This document shows, piece after piece, positions 15,797 through 25,535 of a DNA stretch of 55,706 nucleotides (the first letter of the stretch is position 1; the number at the start of each line of letters is the position of its first letter). The stretch comes from Betaproteobacteria bacterium (lineage in GTDB: Bacteria > Pseudomonadota > Gammaproteobacteria > Burkholderiales > UBA3065), in NCBI GenBank assembly GCA_009927815.1, contig RFMI01000032.1, positions 1-55,706 of the forward strand, read 5' to 3'. The position numbers and the translations under genes were made by a program. Under the pieces are notes generated by a model that saw only the letters and a list, made by a program, of their open reading frames with translations, searched no databases and was not told where the DNA came from.

Positions 15797-17227
15797 ACCC
15801 GTTCAGCAAACAGGGTCGTCAGATGTGGCTGCGAATCAGCCCAAGGCTGCTGCCGTTCGCCGACATCGCCACTGCCGACCTGCCTTTGGCGCGCTTGTTG
15901 CGGCTGTCGTTGTTCCAGGTGTCGGTGGGGCTGGTGACGGCTCTGTTGGTCGGTACCCTCAACCGGATCATGATCGTTGAGCTGGGCGTGGGTGCGTGGC
16001 TAGTGTCGCTGATGGTCGCGGTGCCTTTGCTGGTGGCGCCGTTTCGCGCCGTGGTGGGGTTCAAGTCAGATGTTCATCGGTCAGTTCTAGGGTGGCGGCG
16101 GGTGCCGTACATCTGGTTGGGGACCCTGATGCAGTTCGGCGGCCTGGCGATCATGCCGTTCGCCCTCATCTTGTTGTCGGGGGACTCGCATTGGCCCGCC
16201 TGGTTCGGTCAAGCCTCTGCGGCGCTCGCCTTCCTGCTGGTCGGAATGGGTGTGCAGACCACGCAGACCGCAGGTCTGGCGCTGGCCACCGACCTCGCTG
16301 CCGAAACCACCCGGCCGCGGGTTGTGGCGCTGATGTACACCATGCTGCTGCTGGGCATGATGACCAGCGGCATCGTCTTCAGCCTGCTGCTACAGGATTT
16401 CAGTCCGGTCAAGCTGATCAAGGTGGTGCAAGGCGCCGCCGCCTGCACCCTCGCGCTCAATCTCATCGCTTTGTGGAAGCAGGAGCCGCGGCGGCCGCAT
16501 CTGACCCATCCGAGTCTCGAGCGACCGACCTTTGCCGCCAGCTGGAACGCCTTCGCCGCCAATCCGACGACGTTGCGTTTCCTGGTCGCGCTGGGATTGG
16601 GTACGGCGGCATTCAATATGCAGGACATCGTCCTTGAGCCCTACGGTGCCCAAATTCTCGGACTCAGCGTGGCGGAGACCTCGTCGCTGACGGCGCTGAT
16701 GGCTGGCGGTGCGCTGTTCGCCTTCGCGCTGGCGGCGCGCGCTCTGGCGGCGGGCGTCAATCCCTATCGCCTGTCGGCGCTCGGGCTGGTGGTGGGGCTT
16801 TGGGCTTTTGCCGCGGTGTTGTTCGCAGATCCGCTTGAGTCGCCCTTGATGTTCCGGGTCGGTGTGGTGTTGATCGGTTTTGGCGGCGGCTTCTTTTCGG
16901 TGGGCACCCTGACATCTGCCATGGGGTTGGAAGAACGCGGTTTCACGGGCATGGCTTTGGGGCGCATGGGGTGCGGTTCAGGCCAGCTGCATGGGGCTTG
17001 CAATCGCGATCGGTGGCGCCCTGCGCGACTGGGTCTCCGCGCTGGGCGTGCACGGCTTGTTGGGCGAGGCCATGAATTATTCGTCCTCGGGGTACGCAAC
17101 GGTCTACGGACTGGAGCTGGTGCTGTTGTTTGCAGGGCTTGTAGTGATCGGGCCACTGGTTCGCAATCGCAGCGCATCGAGTCAATCAGAGGTTGGCAAG
17201 TTCGGTCTGGCTGAATTCCCCGGCTGA
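15793..17227 (+). CDS. lhaA: LH1 assembly protein LhaA (PucC family MFS); frameshift at ~16960, probably a sequencing error
   Basis: LLPFADIATADLPLARLLRLSLFQVSVG, GTLNRIMIVEL, LGWRRVPYIW, MQDIVLEPYG; removing one G at 16959-16962 restores MALGAWGAVQA and joins the 16991-17227 ORF ending FGLAEFPG. Confidence 0.9.
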
Positions 17228-17250
17228 CCGACGACATAAGGGAGACAACA

Positions 17251-18018
17251 ATGGGAACTGGAGCGATTACCGGATTTTTCGATGTGGCGCAGTTGGCCAT
17301 CTACATGTTCTGGCTGTTCTTTGCCGGCCTCTGTTATTACTTGATCTTCGAGAGCAAGCGAGAGGGCTTCCCCTTGGATTCGGGGCTGCGCAATGGCCGT
17401 CGCGACCCAGGCATCATCGCGATGCCGAAGCCTAAGGTTTACCGCTTGCAGCATGGCGGCGAATACTTGGCCCCGCACGACCGTGACTGGCAGGATCCGC
17501 CGCCCAAAGCCCAAGCCATCGCCGGCTTTGCGGGCGCCCCCATGGAGCCCACCGGCAATCCGATGCTCGACGGCGTGGGTCCTGGTGCCTACACCAACCG
17601 CGCTGATCGTCCCGATATGACCTATGAAGGGCTGCTGCGCATCGTGCCGCTGCGAATCGCTGCCGCCGAGGGCTTCGACATCGAGCATGGTGAGACCGAT
17701 CCGCGCGGATTCGCCGTGTTGGGCGCCGACGGGCAGGCCGGCGGTACGGTGGTGGACCTGTGGGTCGACCGTTCCGAGCACCTGTTCCGTTACATTGAAG
17801 TTGACGCTGCCGGCCACCGCGTTTTGGTGCCGATGAACCTTGCACGGGTCGGCAAACGTGACGTGCGCGTGCAGTCCTTGCTCGGCAGCCAGCTTGCCGC
17901 GATTCCCAAGACGGCCAATCCTGAGCAAGTGACCTGGCTTGAGGAAGAGAAGATCTTCGGTTACTTCGGCGGTGGCACGCTATACGCCGAGCCGAGCCGT
18001 CAGGAGCCACTGTTTTGA
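17251..18018 (+). CDS. puhA: Photosynthetic reaction centre H subunit
   Basis: MGTGAITGFFDVAQLAIYMFWLFF, KREGFPL, PTGNPMLDGVGPG, EEEKIFGYFGGGTLYA. Confidence 0.96.
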   Translation: MGTGAITGFFDVAQLAIYMFWLFFAGLCYYLIFESKREGFPLDSGLRNGRRDPGIIAMPKPKVYRLQHGGEYLAPHDRDWQDPPPKAQAIAGFAGAPMEPTGNPMLDGVGPGAYTNRADRPDMTYEGLLRIVPLRIAAAEGFDIEHGETDPRGFAVLGADGQAGGTVVDLWVDRSEHLFRYIEVDAAGHRVLVPMNLARVGKRDVRVQSLLGSQLAAIPKTANPEQVTWLEEEKIFGYFGGGTLYAEPSRQEPLF

Positions 18019-18704
18019 GCGGCATCGACCACAAGCATTTCCCGGGGCCGGAGCACGATTTCGAGCCGGAGCCCGGGCTCCCTGAGCGGCTGCCAGAGAC
18101 CGAGCAACTGCTGTGGCAGGGGCAGCCTGACACCGCCGCTGTCGCCCGTTCGGTGTTCCACATTCGTGCAGTGGCGGCATATTTCTTGGCGCTGTTGGTC
18201 TGGAAGCTGGTGGCCGATTGGCACGATGGCGCGAGTCTCGGTAGCGCGGCATGGGAGACCCTGAAGGTGGCGCCGTTGCCGATGGCGGGTCTTGGGCTGC
18301 TGTACGGGCTGGCGCATCTGACCGCCCGTAGCACGCTCTACACCATCACCAGCAAGCGAGTGGTGTTGCGCATTGGCATCGTTCTGAGCGTTACATTCAA
18401 CCTGCCGTTCAGTCGCATCGCCGCAGCCGATCTGCGTCGTGATGGCAGCGGTCATGGCGATGTCTCGCTGCGTCTCGCCGAGGGCGAGCGCATCGCGTTT
18501 GCCCACCTATGGCCACATGTCCGGCCGTGGCGTTTCGCACAGCCGCAGCCGACGCTGCGCGGGCTTGCCGACGCGGCCAGCGTCGCCAAGGTGTTGGCTC
18601 AGGCGTGGTCGAGCGCCCGACAGCAGCCGGCCTCGGCCATCGTCGACCGGGCCAGCGTGTTCGATCCGTTGGTCTCGCCGGTGCGTGGGGTGAGCGTCCA
18701 ATGA
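18015..18704 (+). CDS. puhB: Photosynthetic complex assembly protein PuhB
   Basis: EPEPGLPERLPETEQLLWQGQP, YTITSKRVVLRIGI, LWPHVRPW; follows puhA. Confidence 0.9.
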   Translation: MSGIDHKHFPGPEHDFEPEPGLPERLPETEQLLWQGQPDTAAVARSVFHIRAVAAYFLALLVWKLVADWHDGASLGSAAWETLKVAPLPMAGLGLLYGLAHLTARSTLYTITSKRVVLRIGIVLSVTFNLPFSRIAAADLRRDGSGHGDVSLRLAEGERIAFAHLWPHVRPWRFAQPQPTLRGLADAASVAKVLAQAWSSARQQPASAIVDRASVFDPLVSPVRGVSVQ

Positions 18705-19240
18705 GCCGCGGATTCCGGCATCTCCGCCGCCAGACTCCGGCCCTGTTGCGAGTGATCTCGCCATGGCTGCTCCTGGCGTTGGCGGTGTTGCCGGCCCTCG
18801 GTTTTTGGCTGGGCCTGACAGTCAAAGGCGAACCGCAACCGCAGTCCGCCGCCAAGGCTGACAGTCAACAGCGTCCGCGTTCGGTGGTTCGAACCGGAGG
18901 TGACGACCCGCGGATTGTCCGGTACGTCAACCATCGCGACCTGCGATTCGTTGACCGCAGTGACGGTTCGGTGTCGGTGATTGACGCACTCACTGGTCGT
19001 GAAGTGCACCGCGTGGTGGGCGAGGCGGGCTTTGTTCGAGGCGTGTTGCGGGCGATGGCGCGGGAGCGTCGGCGCTTGGCGGCGGACAGCCAGATCCCTT
19101 TTCAGCTCAGTCGAGGCCGGGGCGGTCAATTGACCCTCAGTGACCCGGCCACCGGCGAGTCGATACCGCTCAACTCGTTCGGCTCGACCAATGTCGCGGC
19201 CTTTGCCCGTTTTCTCGAGACCCCGGGAGGCGCGTCATGA
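18701..19240 (+). CDS. puhC: Photosynthetic complex assembly protein PuhC
   Basis: ATG 18701 overlaps the puhB stop; one TM helix; LRFVDRSDGSV, GFVRGVLRAMARER, LSDPATG and SFGSTN motifs. Confidence 0.88.
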   Translation: MSRGFRHLRRQTPALLRVISPWLLLALAVLPALGFWLGLTVKGEPQPQSAAKADSQQRPRSVVRTGGDDPRIVRYVNHRDLRFVDRSDGSVSVIDALTGREVHRVVGEAGFVRGVLRAMARERRRLAADSQIPFQLSRGRGGQLTLSDPATGESIPLNSFGSTNVAAFARFLETPGGAS

Positions 19241-19602
19241 GCGCACGCGCAGCTGAGGCCGTTAGCACCGTGCCGTGTCGCGTCGAATTGGCGCACACCG
19301 CCCACGATTGCTACGCCCACGTCATCTTGCAGGGCATCGACGTGGGCCCTGGCGACGAGGTGCTGGTGCACAACCCGCCGACCCGCATCGCCTGGGGTGA
19401 GCAGTACGCGGTCGAGCGCCGCGCCACGGTGTCGCGTGCCTCGTGGTGGGCGCGCGCCAAGACCTTCCTGCTGTCGCGATTCGAGCTCGATCTGCTCTAC
19501 GAGGTCAGCTTCTCGGAGCGCCGCTTTTCGTCCACTCGCAAGTATCCGCGGCCGCACGCCGCCCACGTCAAGACCCTGGTCGCGCAAAGGAAACAGCCAT
19601 GA
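19237..19602 (+). CDS. Conserved hypothetical photosynthesis-cluster protein (puhC-acsF orf)
   Basis: [43 protein letters not shown]; ATGA overlaps at both ends. Confidence 0.8.
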   Translation: MSARAAEAVSTVPCRVELAHTAHDCYAHVILQGIDVGPGDEVLVHNPPTRIAWGEQYAVERRATVSRASWWARAKTFLLSRFELDLLYEVSFSERRFSSTRKYPRPHAAHVKTLVAQRKQP

Positions 19603-20684
19603 ACGCCATGACCGACGCCGAGCAACTCCAGCAGGAGCATGTGCTCAACGATTCGACGCAGCGCGCGCAGAAGAACACCTTGCTCGATCCGCGCTTCTAC
19701 ACCACCGACTTCGATGCCATGGACCGCATGGACATCGGCAGCGTCCGCGGGCAGTGGGACGCACTCATGGCGGAGTTCAAGGCCGACCCGAATAACGGGC
19801 ACTTCGAGCGACCGGTCGACATGCTCGGCAAGGACTACTCGCACCTGCCCGACGAGCTCTACCAAGAATTCGTCGATTTCCTGATCAGCTCGGTCACCGC
19901 CGAATTCTCTGGTTGCGTGCTCTACGCCGAGATCCGCCGCCGCGTGAAGAATCAGGACATGAAGGACCTGTTCGGTTACATGGCGCGCGACGAGTCGCGC
20001 CACGCCGGGTTCATCAACCAGTGGCTCAAGGATTTTGGCATCGGCGTCGATTTAGGCTTTTTGGTTAAAGCCAAGAAGTACACGTACTTCAAGCCCAAGT
20101 TCATTTTCTACGCCACCTACCTCTCGGAAAAGATCGGGTACGCGCGGTACATCACCATCTACCGACAAATCGAGCGGCATCCGGAGCGCTGCTTCCACCC
20201 GATCTTTCAATGGTTCCAAGAGTGGTGCAACGACGAGTTCCGCCACGGCGAGGCGTTTGCCCTGCTGATGCGCGCCGACCCGACGCTCACCAGCGGCGTC
20301 AACCGCTTGTGGATCCGCTTCTTCACCCTGGCCGTGTTTGCCACCATGTACGTGCGCGACCACGCGCGGCCGGTGTTCCACGAGGCGCTCGGGCTTGAGC
20401 CGGCTGCCTACGATATGGAAGTGTTCCGCGTCACCCGAGAGATCTCGCAACAGGTGTTCCCGGTCACGCTGGATTTTGAGGCGCCGGCGTTCCGCGCCGG
20501 TCTCGAGCGCTTGCGAGTCATCGCCGAAGCCATCGACACGGCCAAGCGTGAGGGCGGCGTACTCAACCGGGTCCGCCGTGTGGTGTTGCCGCTGGCTGCT
20601 GCCGCGACTTTCGTCCGCATGTTCTTTTTGCCGACGCGCAGCCACGCTCTCCCGCAAAACCCGCGCCTCGAGCCGGTCTGGTAA
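19599..20684 (+). CDS. acsF: Aerobic Mg-protoporphyrin IX monomethyl ester cyclase
   Basis: [50 protein letters not shown] and [10 protein letters not shown] di-iron motifs; ATG 19599. Confidence 0.96.
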   Translation: MNAMTDAEQLQQEHVLNDSTQRAQKNTLLDPRFYTTDFDAMDRMDIGSVRGQWDALMAEFKADPNNGHFERPVDMLGKDYSHLPDELYQEFVDFLISSVTAEFSGCVLYAEIRRRVKNQDMKDLFGYMARDESRHAGFINQWLKDFGIGVDLGFLVKAKKYTYFKPKFIFYATYLSEKIGYARYITIYRQIERHPERCFHPIFQWFQEWCNDEFRHGEAFALLMRADPTLTSGVNRLWIRFFTLAVFATMYVRDHARPVFHEALGLEPAAYDMEVFRVTREISQQVFPVTLDFEAPAFRAGLERLRVIAEAIDTAKREGGVLNRVRRVVLPLAAAATFVRMFFLPTRSHALPQNPRLEPVW

Positions 20685-20693
20685 GGGCCCCCG

Positions 20694-21494
20694 ATGTCTG
20701 AGATCGTTCTGCCGGCACTGTTCACCCTGTTCGCATGGTGGATCAGCACTGGCGTGATCATTTGGCTCAACCGTTTGCCGAGGCGCACCTACCGGCTCAC
20801 CTTCACCCTGGCGAGTTGGGTCATGGTGGCGGCGTTCTGGGGTCTTGCGGCGGCTCGTAACGACCAGACCATTGCCGGCGCGTATTGCGGCTTCAGTTGT
20901 GCCCTGTTGATCTGGGCTTGGCAGGAGATCGCGTTCTTGCTCGGCTACGTTACGGGTCCTCGCCGTGTCGACTGCCCGGCGGATGCGGTCGGCTGGCGCC
21001 GGGTCGGCTTCGCGCTCCAGGCGGTGCTGCATCACGAGCTGGCGCTCTTACTGTTGGGCTTCGGGGTCTTTGTGGTTAGCTGGGGCGGCAGCAACCAGGT
21101 GGGGCTCGCCACCTATCTTGTGTTTTGGGTGATGCGGCAGAGCGCCAAGCTCAATGTGTTCCTGGGCGTGCGCAATCTGTCCGAGAGTTTTTTGCCGGCC
21201 CATCTGCGCTACCTGCAGACCTATTTCAGCCGCAAGCCGATCAACGCCCTGTTCCCGCTGTCGGTGACGCTCCCTGCGGCGATCGCCTTCGTGTTGTGGG
21301 AGTCGGCCGCGCGCGCCGGCGCGTCGCCATTTGAGACTACGGCCTGCAGCCTGCTGGGAATGCTGCTGAGCCTCGCCATCCTCGAGCACTGGTTCATGGT
21401 CCTGCCACTGCCGTTCGAACGGCTCTGGCAGTGGGGTATGGGTACACCGGTCGAAGCGCGGCCGGCCACCCGTCTGGGAATGGAGGTCACATGA
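20694..21494 (+). CDS. puhE: Photosynthetic complex assembly membrane protein PuhE
   Basis: [49 protein letters not shown]. Confidence 0.9.
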   Translation: MSEIVLPALFTLFAWWISTGVIIWLNRLPRRTYRLTFTLASWVMVAAFWGLAAARNDQTIAGAYCGFSCALLIWAWQEIAFLLGYVTGPRRVDCPADAVGWRRVGFALQAVLHHELALLLLGFGVFVVSWGGSNQVGLATYLVFWVMRQSAKLNVFLGVRNLSESFLPAHLRYLQTYFSRKPINALFPLSVTLPAAIAFVLWESAARAGASPFETTACSLLGMLLSLAILEHWFMVLPLPFERLWQWGMGTPVEARPATRLGMEVT

Positions 21495-23452
21495 ACTCAT
21501 TCGATCGCAGCGCAACCATCGAGGCGCTGGATAGCGCACAATTCGCGCCCATGGAAGAGTTGGAATCAATCTTGGAGCGGGTCAACAGTCCGGCGCAGGT
21601 GCGTGCGCTGGGTCGTCCCCAACTCAAGCAGCTGGCCGATGAGTTGCGCGAGTTCTTGTTGCGATCGGTGGCCAGCACGGGCGGGCATCTGTCGTCCAAT
21701 TTGGGGACGGTCGAACTCACGGTGGCCATCCACCACGTGTTCAACCTGCCGTATGACCGTCTGATTTGGGACGTGGGTCATCAGAGCTATCCGCACAAGA
21801 TCCTCACCGGCCGCCGCGAGCGCATGGGGAGCCTGCGCCAGCTCAACGGCTTGTCCGGGTTCCCGAGGCGTTGCGAGAGCGAGTACGACCACTTTGGTAC
21901 TGCTCATTCGTCGACCAGCATCTCCGCGGCGCTGGGCATGGCCATCGCGTCGCGCCAGAAGGGCGAGCACGAGGGCCCTGACCGTCGTCGTCATGTCGCG
22001 GTGATTGGCGATGGTGCGATGAGCGCGGGCTTGGCCTTTGAGGCCCTCAACAATGCGGGCATCGAGCGCGACATCGATCTGCTGGTCATCCTCAATGACA
22101 ACGAGATGTCGATCAGCCCGCCGGTGGGCGCGTTGTCGAAATACCTGACCCGCTTGCTCTCGGGGCCGCTGTACACCACCGCCAAAGAGATGGGCAAGCA
22201 GGTGCTCAGCACCATGCCGTCGATGCGCGAGCTCGCGCATCGGGTGGAAGAGGCGGCCAAGGGTTTTGTGACGCCGGGCACGCTGTTCGAGGAGTTCGGA
22301 TTCAACTATGTCGGGCCGATTGATGGCCACGACCTTGACGCGCTGGTGCCGACCCTGTTGAATCTGCGCCGCCTCAAAGGACCGCAATTTCTGCACGTGG
22401 TCACCAAGAAAGGCGCCGGCTACGAGCGCGCCGAGGCCGACCCGATCCTGTATCACGGGCCCGGCAAATTCGATCCGGCTGCGGGCATCAAGCCGGCAGT
22501 CGCGCCGGCCAAACCCACCTACTCGGCGGTGTTCGGCCGTTGGCTGTGCGACGCCGCAGCGGCTGATCCGCGGGTGGTGGCGATCACTCCGGCGATGCGC
22601 GAGGGCTCGGGCATGGTCGAATACGCCGAGCGCTTCCCCGATCGCTACTACGACGTGGGCATCGCCGAGCAGCACGCCGTGACCTTCGCTGCCGGCATCG
22701 CCTGTGAGGGCCTGCGCCCGGTGGTGGCGATTTACAGTACTTTTTTGCAGCGGGCCTACGACCAGCTGATCCACGATGTCGCCTTGCAGAAGTTGCCGGT
22801 CGTGTTCGCGCTCGACCGTGCCGGTCTGGTGGGCGCCGATGGCGCGACCCACGCTGGCATCTACGACTACAGTTTCCTGCGCTGCATCCCGCACATGCTG
22901 ATCATGGCGCCAAAGGACGAGTTGGAATGTCGCCGCATGCTGAGTACGGGCCTCGCCTACGACGGTCCCAGCGCCGTCAGATACCCGCGCGGCGCGGGCA
23001 CGGGTGTTGACGCCACCAATACGCTGGAGCCGCTGCCGATCGCTCGCGCCGAGACGCTGCGCAGCAGCGGCGCCGCCGAGGGCGCGCGGGTGGCTGTCCT
23101 TGCATTCGGGTCGATGGTGGCGCCGGCACTCAAGGCAGCCGAGGCGCTCGACGCGACGGTGGTCAATATGCGCTTCGTCAAGCCGATCGACCTCGAGATG
23201 ATCGAATCTGTGGCGAACAGTCACAGTCTGATTGTCACTGTCGAGGAACACGTCATCCCGGGTGGTGCGGGGTCGGCGTGCGCCGAGGCGCTGGTGGCCT
23301 TGGGTGATCGCATCCCGATGGTGCCGATCCATCATCTGGGCCTGCCCGACCGGTTCATCGACCACGGCGATCACGCGACGCTGTTAGCGATGGAAGGCCT
23401 GGACGCGGCTGGCATCGAGGCCAGCATTCGCCGGCTGCTCGCCGGCGACTAA
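21491..23452 (+). CDS. dxs: 1-deoxy-D-xylulose-5-phosphate synthase
   Basis: [72 protein letters not shown]. Confidence 0.96.
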   Translation: MNSFDRSATIEALDSAQFAPMEELESILERVNSPAQVRALGRPQLKQLADELREFLLRSVASTGGHLSSNLGTVELTVAIHHVFNLPYDRLIWDVGHQSYPHKILTGRRERMGSLRQLNGLSGFPRRCESEYDHFGTAHSSTSISAALGMAIASRQKGEHEGPDRRRHVAVIGDGAMSAGLAFEALNNAGIERDIDLLVILNDNEMSISPPVGALSKYLTRLLSGPLYTTAKEMGKQVLSTMPSMRELAHRVEEAAKGFVTPGTLFEEFGFNYVGPIDGHDLDALVPTLLNLRRLKGPQFLHVVTKKGAGYERAEADPILYHGPGKFDPAAGIKPAVAPAKPTYSAVFGRWLCDAAAADPRVVAITPAMREGSGMVEYAERFPDRYYDVGIAEQHAVTFAAGIACEGLRPVVAIYSTFLQRAYDQLIHDVALQKLPVVFALDRAGLVGADGATHAGIYDYSFLRCIPHMLIMAPKDELECRRMLSTGLAYDGPSAVRYPRGAGTGVDATNTLEPLPIARAETLRSSGAAEGARVAVLAFGSMVAPALKAAEALDATVVNMRFVKPIDLEMIESVANSHSLIVTVEEHVIPGGAGSACAEALVALGDRIPMVPIHHLGLPDRFIDHGDHATLLAMEGLDAAGIEASIRRLLAGD

Positions 23453-23477
23453 GCGTTTGCCCGCGACGGTGCGTGGC

Positions 23478-24596
23478 TCAGATCAACTGAGCCAGCGTTC
23501 CGGCAGGCATGGGCTGGCCTAGCAGGAAGCCCTGGCCGCAGTCGCAGCCAAGATCGATCAGCACCTGCAATTGGTCGTCGGCCTCGATGCCCTCGGCGAT
23601 GACCAGCATGTCCAGTCGATGGGCCAAGCGGATGATGGTGCCGACCACTTCGCGCGAGATGCTGTCGGTGGCAATGTCGCTGACGAAACTGCGGTCGAGC
23701 TTCAGCGTGTCGATGCGGTAGTCCCGGAGCCGTGACAGTGAGGAATAGCCCACCCCGAAATCGTCGATGGCGATGTGCATGCCCAAGGCTCGCAGCTGTT
23801 CGAGCTTGGACGCTGCGCTCAGTTCGTCGTCGATCAGCGCCGATTCGGTGATCTCGAGGCGCAGCCAGTCCGGGCTGGCGCCGGAGGTGTGGATCGTCGC
23901 GGCGAAGCGCTCGACCAGTTGGCTGCAACGCAACTGGTGGGCCGAGACGTTGACTGACAGCGGCACGATTCTGCCGATGTCGCGCTGCCAAGCTGACAGT
24001 TGTTCGCAGGCGCTGCGAAGCGCGAACAGGCCGAACGCGTCGATGTCGCCGGTGAGTTCGGCCAGTGGGATGAAATGGTCCGGCGTCAAGGTGCCGTGCT
24101 CCGGGTGCTCCCAGCGCAGCAGGACTTCGGCAGAGATGAGCTGACGATCGCGCAATGCGAAGACGGGCTGATAGAGCGCGCGAATCTCTTCGCGACCAAT
24201 GGCGCCCGCAAGCGTCTCGATCAGTCCGGTGGTTTCCAGGGCGTGGGTCGCAGGTGCCCCCAGTGTCAGCGGCCGCAGGATCTCCGACCAGCCGATGACG
24301 CAGCCCTCGGCGTCAAGGATGACCGAGGCGCCCGCATGAATGTCCAGCAAATGGCCGTTGCGGTGTCGGCGTTGAATCCGGCTTCGACCTTCCCTCGGCA
24401 TCACCGGCTGTGCGCTCAGGTGCGGTGCCAGGGCGCCCATCACTTCGTCCGCCGAGAACCCGAGCAGCCGTTCGGCCGCCGCATTCCAGCTGGTGACACG
24501 GCCATCCGCCGAGTAGCTGACGATGGCGTCGCCGGCGCTTTGGATCAGCGCGGAAAAGAGAGCGTCGTCAGGTCGCTGATAAGCAGGGTGGTTCAC
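23478..24596 (-). CDS. PAS-EAL c-di-GMP phosphodiesterase (no GGDEF)
   Basis: N-terminal PAS (SWNAAAERLLGFS); EAL domain YQP..EVLLRW, SVNVS, LEITES, IDDFGVGYSSL, LKLDRSF, AEGIE, QGF. Confidence 0.88.
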   Translation of the reverse strand: MNHPAYQRPDDALFSALIQSAGDAIVSYSADGRVTSWNAAAERLLGFSADEVMGALAPHLSAQPVMPREGRSRIQRRHRNGHLLDIHAGASVILDAEGCVIGWSEILRPLTLGAPATHALETTGLIETLAGAIGREEIRALYQPVFALRDRQLISAEVLLRWEHPEHGTLTPDHFIPLAELTGDIDAFGLFALRSACEQLSAWQRDIGRIVPLSVNVSAHQLRCSQLVERFAATIHTSGASPDWLRLEITESALIDDELSAASKLEQLRALGMHIAIDDFGVGYSSLSRLRDYRIDTLKLDRSFVSDIATDSISREVVGTIIRLAHRLDMLVIAEGIEADDQLQVLIDLGCDCGQGFLLGQPMPAGTLAQLI

Positions 24597-24652
24597 CCGG
24601 CCATTGTTGGGGCATTGACGGCATGGGGCAAGGCCCGGGCAGCCGTGCCCGC

Positions 24653-24666
24653 TTGATCTGCATCAA
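24653..24666. promoter_or_regulatory. FNR/FnrL-type binding site
   Basis: Perfect TTGAT-CTGC-ATCAA in the intergenic region, about 60 bp upstream of the PAS-EAL GTG start. Confidence 0.7.
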
Positions 24667-24767
24667 ATTCCGCGTTGGCTGGACAGCGAGGCCCCGCCTC
24701 GATAGAGTCGAGGGATGTGGCTCAGGCCACCCCGCGATGGTCGAGATTGGCCGTGGCGCGCTCTTTT

Positions 24768-24863
24768 GGCGGGCCTCCCCGCATTGCAAGGTGGTGAACT
24801 TGGTCAGGGCCGGAAGGCAGCAGCCACAGCCGCTCACTGCAAGTGCCGGGGGCAAGGCTCGCC
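24768..24863 (+). ncRNA. ffs: Signal recognition particle 4.5S RNA
   Basis: Helix-8 motif GGTCAGGGCCGGAAGGCAGCAGCC; terminal pairing GGCGGGCCT...AGGCTCGCC; typical position near dnaX. Confidence 0.9.
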
Positions 24864-24905
24864 ACCCTCGCTTGTCGATCTCGCAATATCTGTGAAAGGT
24901 CCAAC

Positions 24906-25451
24906 ATGACACTGTCCGTCCTCCACCGCCGCGCCTTGGTTGCTCTCGCTGCCCTTTTGGTGTCTGCCCCCGCTGCTGCAGTCGATGGCATCTCGTTCAT
25001 TGCCGGAACCGGAGACGACGCCCAGATGGGTTCCGTGGGGCTGGTCTGGAACTGGGACAAGCAGTGGTTCAAGACCGGTGATTGGGCTCTGGGCGGCTAC
25101 TGGGAGGCTGATGCCTCGTACTGGCGAGGCGACGGCGGCGCCGATAAGAATAGCTTCGGCGGGATCGGCTTCACGCCGGTGTTCCGGTTCCAGAACTCGG
25201 GCATGGGCGGTTTGAGCCCGTACGTCGAGGCCGCTGTCGGGATCCACTTCTTCTCCGGGGTGAATCTGGCGGGCGGCAACAAGCTCGGCACGTCGTTCGA
25301 ATTTGGCGACCACGTGGGTGCGGGGTTCACCTTCGGCGACAAGCGTCAGTACGATCTTGGCTACCGTTTCCAGCACTATTCGAACGCGGGCATCTCGGGC
25401 AACAACGGCGGCGTGAACTTCCATCAACTGCGGTTGGGCATCGGTTTCTGA
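24906..25451 (+). CDS. pagL: Acyloxyacyl hydrolase / lipid A 3-O-deacylase (PagL family) outer-membrane beta-barrel
   Basis: Signal peptide, PYVEAAVG, FEFGDHVGAG, catalytic RFQHYSNAGI motif, C-terminal Phe. Confidence 0.8.
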   Translation: MTLSVLHRRALVALAALLVSAPAAAVDGISFIAGTGDDAQMGSVGLVWNWDKQWFKTGDWALGGYWEADASYWRGDGGADKNSFGGIGFTPVFRFQNSGMGGLSPYVEAAVGIHFFSGVNLAGGNKLGTSFEFGDHVGAGFTFGDKRQYDLGYRFQHYSNAGISGNNGGVNFHQLRLGIGF

Positions 25452-25473
25452 GGGCTGTTCTCTGCCGGACCCG

Positions 25474-25500
25474 AGGGGCGCTGCGGCGCCCCTTTTGCTT
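25474..25500 (+). terminator. Intrinsic terminator after pagL-like gene
   Basis: Stem AGGGGCGC-TGCG-GCGCCCCT followed by TTTGCTT. Confidence 0.6.
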
Positions 25501-25535
25501 ATGCGGGGAGCGGACGGCGGGCGCATAATGCCGGC

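Noticed and set aside
15046-17214. Apparent 722-aa BchM-LhaA fusion
   Set aside because: One extra G at 15752-15756; the normal BchM ending FYISQALELTRR* and the ATGA overlap with lhaA are intact in the adjacent frame
21566-23374. Long antisense ORFs (here, and at 10629-12194, 24834-26426, 51830-53953 and others)
   Set aside because: Shadow ORFs opposite well-supported genes in GC-rich DNA, with no recognisable motifs
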